In this document: piece after piece, positions 59,892-64,000 of the stretch | Layout of the letters: each line of letters begins with the position of its first letter | Position numbering within the stretch: the stretch's first letter is position 1 | DNA from: Opitutales bacterium | GTDB lineage: Bacteria; Verrucomicrobiota; Verrucomicrobiia; Opitutales; UBA953 | Assembly (NCBI GenBank): GCA_024697185.1 | Contig: JAILGB010000025.1 | Span: forward strand, 611-64,610 | Direction of reading: 5' to 3' | DNA: 64,000 bases | The notes under the pieces: model-generated | What the model was told of the DNA's origin: nothing | Seen by the model: only the letters and a program-made list of their open reading frames with translations | Database searches by the model: none | Position numbers and translations under genes: made by a program

Positions 59892-60482
59892 TTGATTTCC
59901 TCATTTGATCCTTTGGATAAAAAATTGGGCTGTCTTTTTGTCGACATTGATGAGATAAACAAAGAAATATTAAAAATGCTTGAAATTGGATCGACAGAAT
60001 ATAAAATTGACGGAGTAGTTAAACTTTTTTTTGATCCAACGGATGGAATTGTTTTATGTTTTGCGGTTGAACATTGCGAGTATTGGTATGAACGTGGAAG
60101 CAATTCGTATCCTTTTATTTTATTAGGAAATATTTTTAATTTTGTTGAAAAAGAAATGGAAAAAAGTTCAAAAAACAAATGTGTTTTGGATATTATTCCG
60201 AGTTCGATTTCAAGTGATAAAAAAATTTGGGCGATAAAGAATCTTGCTTTTCATCCTGAATTTACAGAAGAAATACATATGAAATTCTGCCGTCAGATTA
60301 TTTCTCAAAACGATCCTCTTTTGAAAATTGCGTATTTGGAGGCATTTGAAAAATCCCATTTAAAATTTTTATATTCAGATTCTATTCTTCCTTTTTTTGT
60401 AAATGATTCTGATGAAAATGTTCGTTTAAAAGCTAAAAATCTTCTTAACGATGCAAATAATTTTCATGGTTGTTGTTTTTAG
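59892..60482 (+). CDS. hypothetical protein, candidate cognate immunity protein
   Basis: First sizeable ORF downstream of the RHS toxin tail on the same strand. AT-rich. HEAT-like C-terminal segment DSDENVRLKAKNLL. Start uncertain (TTG at 59892 or ATG at 59976). Confidence 0.4.
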   Translation: MISSFDPLDKKLGCLFVDIDEINKEILKMLEIGSTEYKIDGVVKLFFDPTDGIVLCFAVEHCEYWYERGSNSYPFILLGNIFNFVEKEMEKSSKNKCVLDIIPSSISSDKKIWAIKNLAFHPEFTEEIHMKFCRQIISQNDPLLKIAYLEAFEKSHLKFLYSDSILPFFVNDSDENVRLKAKNLLNDANNFHGCCF

Positions 60483-60688
60483 GAACAATGTTAAAAGGTG
60501 GATAAATTTCTTGAAATCATATATAAAAAAAGAGAACGGGGGGCTCTCCGCGACGGGACGGCTTTCTGTCGCTTCTTACGGGAACGTTGACTTTGCTAAC
60601 AATTACCTCGCGGGAACGAATCTTTTGGCGGGCGTGGCAAGTTCGTTTCTTCCTTTTAAGTTAGCCGCAGTCTCGCAATCGGAAAACT

Positions 60689-61633
60689 TTATTTTGCTTT
60701 GAGTTTTTCAAAAGCTTGGGTCATTTTGTTTTTGGCGCCCCAAGCCCTGCGACGCTTTTGCGGATCGAGAATTCGGCAATAGCCGGTGATTTTGTGTTGT
60801 TCAAGTTTCCAGCCTTCATGCCGGTCCAAAACCCTCCACCAAATTTCCCCGTCGATAACGCAAAATTCCAAATTCAAATTATCCTGCGGCACCATTATGC
60901 GTCCGTCGCTTTCCTGTTCGCCGTTTAAAACTTGTTTCAGATACTGAAAATAAAATGGGGCATAATGGTTTGCAATCCGTTTTAAGCTCTCAAAATTTCC
61001 CCATGTCGCCTCTATTGGTGTTTTTGCTGTGATATCATCGGGAACGGCGATTTCGACAAAATTGTCCAATTTTTTTATCGTCCCTCCGGCTCCCGCAGCA
61101 CTTGCCTCTTCGTCTCCGCCCAAGGTATAAAGATATTTTAAAGTCACATCATCCGGATTGCAGATTGAGATTACGGGCAAAAGACTGCCCTTGCCCGCGT
61201 CGTTGAGATCGGGATCGTCATTGGGGATTGCCGCCGCGAGCAAAATCGCGCTTTTAACCTTTATTCCCTGTCTGCCGAGATTGGCGATTGCGCGCGCCAC
61301 TATCCGCCCGCCGAGCGAGTGCCCGACCAATATCAGGCGGGAACGCTCAGAGCCCGGCATTCGGACGATTTCCTCCGCCAACAGAAGCGCCGCCGCATCG
61401 GCGTTTTTTATCGAGGAAGCCCAAAGCCCGTTCCCGTCCCAGGTTTTAAAAACAAGTTCCGCATCGGGGAAGGTTTCAGAAAAAGCTTTCCAAATGGCGC
61501 CTTCGGAATCTTTTGTCCTGAGCCAACCCGGAAAATACCAGACAAGATCCGCATTTTTTTCATCTTCGGCCGCTCCCGCCCAAAGCGTTGAAAAAATAGC
61601 ACAAAAAACAATTGCGATTTTTCGGAAAAACAT
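60689..61633 (-). CDS. secreted alpha/beta-hydrolase (lipase/esterase-like)
   Basis: Signal peptide MFFRKIAIVFCAIFSTLWAGA. Nucleophile elbow LVGHSLGG. Confidence 0.6.
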   Translation of the reverse strand: MFFRKIAIVFCAIFSTLWAGAAEDEKNADLVWYFPGWLRTKDSEGAIWKAFSETFPDAELVFKTWDGNGLWASSIKNADAAALLLAEEIVRMPGSERSRLILVGHSLGGRIVARAIANLGRQGIKVKSAILLAAAIPNDDPDLNDAGKGSLLPVISICNPDDVTLKYLYTLGGDEEASAAGAGGTIKKLDNFVEIAVPDDITAKTPIEATWGNFESLKRIANHYAPFYFQYLKQVLNGEQESDGRIMVPQDNLNLEFCVIDGEIWWRVLDRHEGWKLEQHKITGYCRILDPQKRRRAWGAKNKMTQAFEKLKAK

Positions 61634-61739
61634 TGCTAAAAATTATCGTTGCGGCGGGAACGCCGATCATTCTTATAAAGCCATTATAGATTAAAATTTG
61701 TGTTCCCGCGAAAATTTACCGAATACTTTTTAGGCGGAC

Positions 61740-61776
61740 AAAAAAAACGTTCCCGCGAGGATTTTCTCACGGGAAC
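61740..61776 (-). terminator. glgC terminator built from an inverted pair of the genome word
   Basis: On the minus strand: CGTTCCCGTGAGAAAATCCTCGCGGGAACG followed by TTTTTTT. Nearly the same module as the terminator at 3321-3357. Confidence 0.7.
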
Positions 61777-61801
61777 GATTTGTTTTTTGGCGGGAACGCG
61801 C

Positions 61802-63100
61802 TTAGTCGTCGATTTCGCCGATGACTGTTCCCGGAGGAATAATCGCGTCCTTTTTGGTGATGAGCACGCCGTCCTTCACATAGATTTCCGGAGTCTCAAA
61901 ACCGTCTTTGACGCCTTTGGGGGAGAGTCGGCAATTTTTGCCGATTCGAGTGCCCTTATCGATGATGGCGTCGCGAATCACACAATTTTCTCCGATACCG
62001 ATAATCGGTTTTCCCGTCTTGCGGCATTCGGCGACATCGTTGATGTTTTCGTAATAGTCGGCGCCCATGTAAACGACGTTTTTGAGATCGCAACCGGAAT
62101 CGACGACGGAACGGACGCCGATGACGCAGCGATTAAGTTTGGAATTGCTGATAATGGCACCGTCGCCCATAACGACATGTTTAATCGTGCAACCGTTGAG
62201 TTTTGCCGGCGGCAAAAGACGGTCGTGCGTATAAATCGGTGCGACATCGTCAAAGAAATCGAACGGGGGAACATCGTCTGTCAGCGAAAGATTGGTCTCC
62301 CAAAACGCGCGGACGGTTCCGATATCTTCCCAATAATCGTCAAAGACATGGGCAACGAGTTTTTTCTTGCCAAGCAAGCCCGGGATGACTTCCTTGCCGA
62401 AATCCTTCATATCGTTGTCGAGGGCTTCGCAAAGGAATTTCCCGGAGAAGATATAGATGCCCATAGACGCGAGGCAGTATTCCGCATCGCTCTTGTCCGA
62501 GAGCGCCTCACGCAGTTTGCCGCGAACGACAAGCGATTGGATGACTGCCGGGTCTTTCGGCTTTTCGACAAATTCGACAATCTCCGAATTTTCGTTGACG
62601 CGCATGACACCGAGAGCGGAAACTTCTTTTTTGGGCATTGCCTTTGCCGCGATTGTGACATCGGCATTTTCCGCGATGTGCTGATCGAGCATTTTCTTAA
62701 AATCCATTCGGAAAAGTTGGTCTCCCGAAAGAATCAGAACATAGTCGTTAGGCTGGAGATTGAAGTGTTGAAGATTGTGGCGGACGGCATCGGCGGTTCC
62801 CTGATACCAGGATTCGCTTTCCATATTTTGCTCTGCCGCAAGAATATCGACATAGCCTTTGCCGAAGGAATCAAATTTGTAAGTGCGCTGAATATGACTA
62901 TGCAGCGACGCGGTGTTAAACTGCGTGAGCACACAGATTGTGTTGAATCCGGAGTTCAAACAGTTGCTGATCGGGATGTCGATCAAACGATATTTGCCCG
63001 CCAAGGGAACGGCAGGTTTGCAACGAGCTGCGGTTAGAGGATACAGACGGGTGCCACGCCCTCCGCCCATAATTACACAAACAACTTTAGATTTTGCCAT
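61802..63100 (-). CDS. glgC: glucose-1-phosphate adenylyltransferase
   Basis: VCVIMGGGRGTRLYPLT, WYQGTADAV, and a C-terminal left-handed beta-helix region. Confidence 0.9.
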   Translation of the reverse strand: MAKSKVVCVIMGGGRGTRLYPLTAARCKPAVPLAGKYRLIDIPISNCLNSGFNTICVLTQFNTASLHSHIQRTYKFDSFGKGYVDILAAEQNMESESWYQGTADAVRHNLQHFNLQPNDYVLILSGDQLFRMDFKKMLDQHIAENADVTIAAKAMPKKEVSALGVMRVNENSEIVEFVEKPKDPAVIQSLVVRGKLREALSDKSDAEYCLASMGIYIFSGKFLCEALDNDMKDFGKEVIPGLLGKKKLVAHVFDDYWEDIGTVRAFWETNLSLTDDVPPFDFFDDVAPIYTHDRLLPPAKLNGCTIKHVVMGDGAIISNSKLNRCVIGVRSVVDSGCDLKNVVYMGADYYENINDVAECRKTGKPIIGIGENCVIRDAIIDKGTRIGKNCRLSPKGVKDGFETPEIYVKDGVLITKKDAIIPPGTVIGEIDD

Positions 63101-63194
63101 AATTATACTAAAAATCGGGGTTAAAACACTTATAGACTATTCCCGCATAAAATAAATCGCAAGAAAATTCGTCTTTTGTCATTTATCATTTTTT

Positions 63195-64000
63195 TTAAAA
63201 CGGGTCGCCGCCGTCTTCATCGATCCCGTCCCAGTTACGATAATTGTAAGATTTGCCTCCGCCAAAGTCGTGGGAATAATGGACAATCTGACCGAGCCGC
63301 TGATAGGTTTCGGGATTTGCCTCGCGGACAAAACGGCTCAACTCGTAGGTCATCTGGTCGCTAAATCTCGGACATTCGAGGATATAGACCAAGGTCAATT
63401 CATCCTTGGCGCGCGTGCAGGCGACATAAAAAAGCCGCCGCTCCTCATCGACCGTGTCTTCTTCGAGCGAGCGTTTTGACGGGAACAGTTCATCGGAACA
63501 CGACAAAACAAAGACATACGGGAACTCGAGTCCCTTCGCCTGGTGAATCGTCGATAAGCGCACCTTGGGCTCCTCAAAATCGCGTTCCCGCGACTCGATG
63601 TCGCTTCGCGTGTTCCCGGAGTCCATCAGGCTGACTTGTGCGAGAAAATCGGCGAGCGTCTCGTAATTGGAGGCAAAGTCGATCAAGCTGTTCAAATCGT
63701 CACAGCGTTCCCGCCAGTTCGGATAAATCCGTTTCGCAAAGTCGCCATACCATCCTTCGATGCCGATGGCGACGACCATCCTGGGCTCCATGATTTCCTG
63801 AACGCCCTCCCCGTCCGTTCCCGCCGCCTCATCCGCCAAGGCGAACAAATCCGCCTCTTCATTTGCGGGAACGGGATCCGCATCAGGCATTGCCGCCGCC
63901 TCGATTTTCGTTCCCGTCAAGCCTTCATACATATTGTGCAGCGTCAGGACAAAATCCTTAAAATCGTCGAGAGCCGGCGCGGGAACGATTTTTAAAACAG
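63195..64000 (-). CDS. UvrD/Rep/PcrA-family helicase, C-terminal part (continues beyond the window)
   Basis: STIHQAKGLEFPYVFV and RRLFYVACTRAKDELTLVY (motifs V/VI). The frame is open through 64000. Confidence 0.8.
   Translation of the reverse strand, partial: VLKIVPAPALDDFKDFVLTLHNMYEGLTGTKIEAAAMPDADPVPANEEADLFALADEAAGTDGEGVQEIMEPRMVVAIGIEGWYGDFAKRIYPNWRERCDDLNSLIDFASNYETLADFLAQVSLMDSGNTRSDIESRERDFEEPKVRLSTIHQAKGLEFPYVFVLSCSDELFPSKRSLEEDTVDEERRLFYVACTRAKDELTLVYILECPRFSDQMTYELSRFVREANPETYQRLGQIVHYSHDFGGGKSYNYRNWDGIDEDGGDPF

Noticed and set aside
60451-60702. An 83-aa + strand ORF between the candidate immunity gene and the hydrolase gene.
   Set aside because: It has no motif, overlaps the ends of both neighbours, and spans the return to native composition. 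It is probably non-coding junction DNA.

Overview
A 64-kb chromosomal window from a bacterium of about 50% GC. The giant pseudopilin-like protein, the coaE-rho linkage and the gene content hint at a PVC-type (Lentisphaerae/Verrucomicrobia-like) lineage, but that is inference only. The window holds dnaA next to an AT-rich region with DnaA boxes (putative oriC, about 30.2-31.1 kb). It also holds about 45 genes, mostly recognisable housekeeping ones: guaA, corA, fhs, rph, nspC, nadC, a rho homologue, coaE, glgP, gpsA, thrB, argF, dut, recR, ybaB, smc, thiC, glgC and a partial uvrD-like gene. I recognise no rRNA, tRNA, CRISPR array, transposase or integrase. The strongest signal is not a gene. The native DNA is saturated with the word (G)CGGGAACG(C) and its complement. 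My by-eye tally is about 200 copies, against about 8 expected by chance. The word occurs in both orientations and in all coding frames, is densest between genes, and often forms inverted pairs that make up the transcription terminators. This resembles a DNA-uptake-signal type of genome word. Three visibly AT-rich stretches almost free of the word look horizontally acquired: (1) a DUF2075 ATPase gene at the left edge; (2) a ~1-kb insertion behind rph flanked by a duplicated rph 3' end; (3) a ~3-kb orphan RHS toxin/immunity cassette region (57.5-60.5 kb). Other oddities: a Rho homologue with a destroyed Walker A and catalytic DERPEE motif; a sigma-70-like protein lacking region 4; a lone 1374-aa GspK/PilX-like pseudopilin; and a COG0523-like protein with a degenerate P-loop coupled to nspC. 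All coordinates, counts and alignments were done by eye and from memory of family motifs and need computational confirmation.
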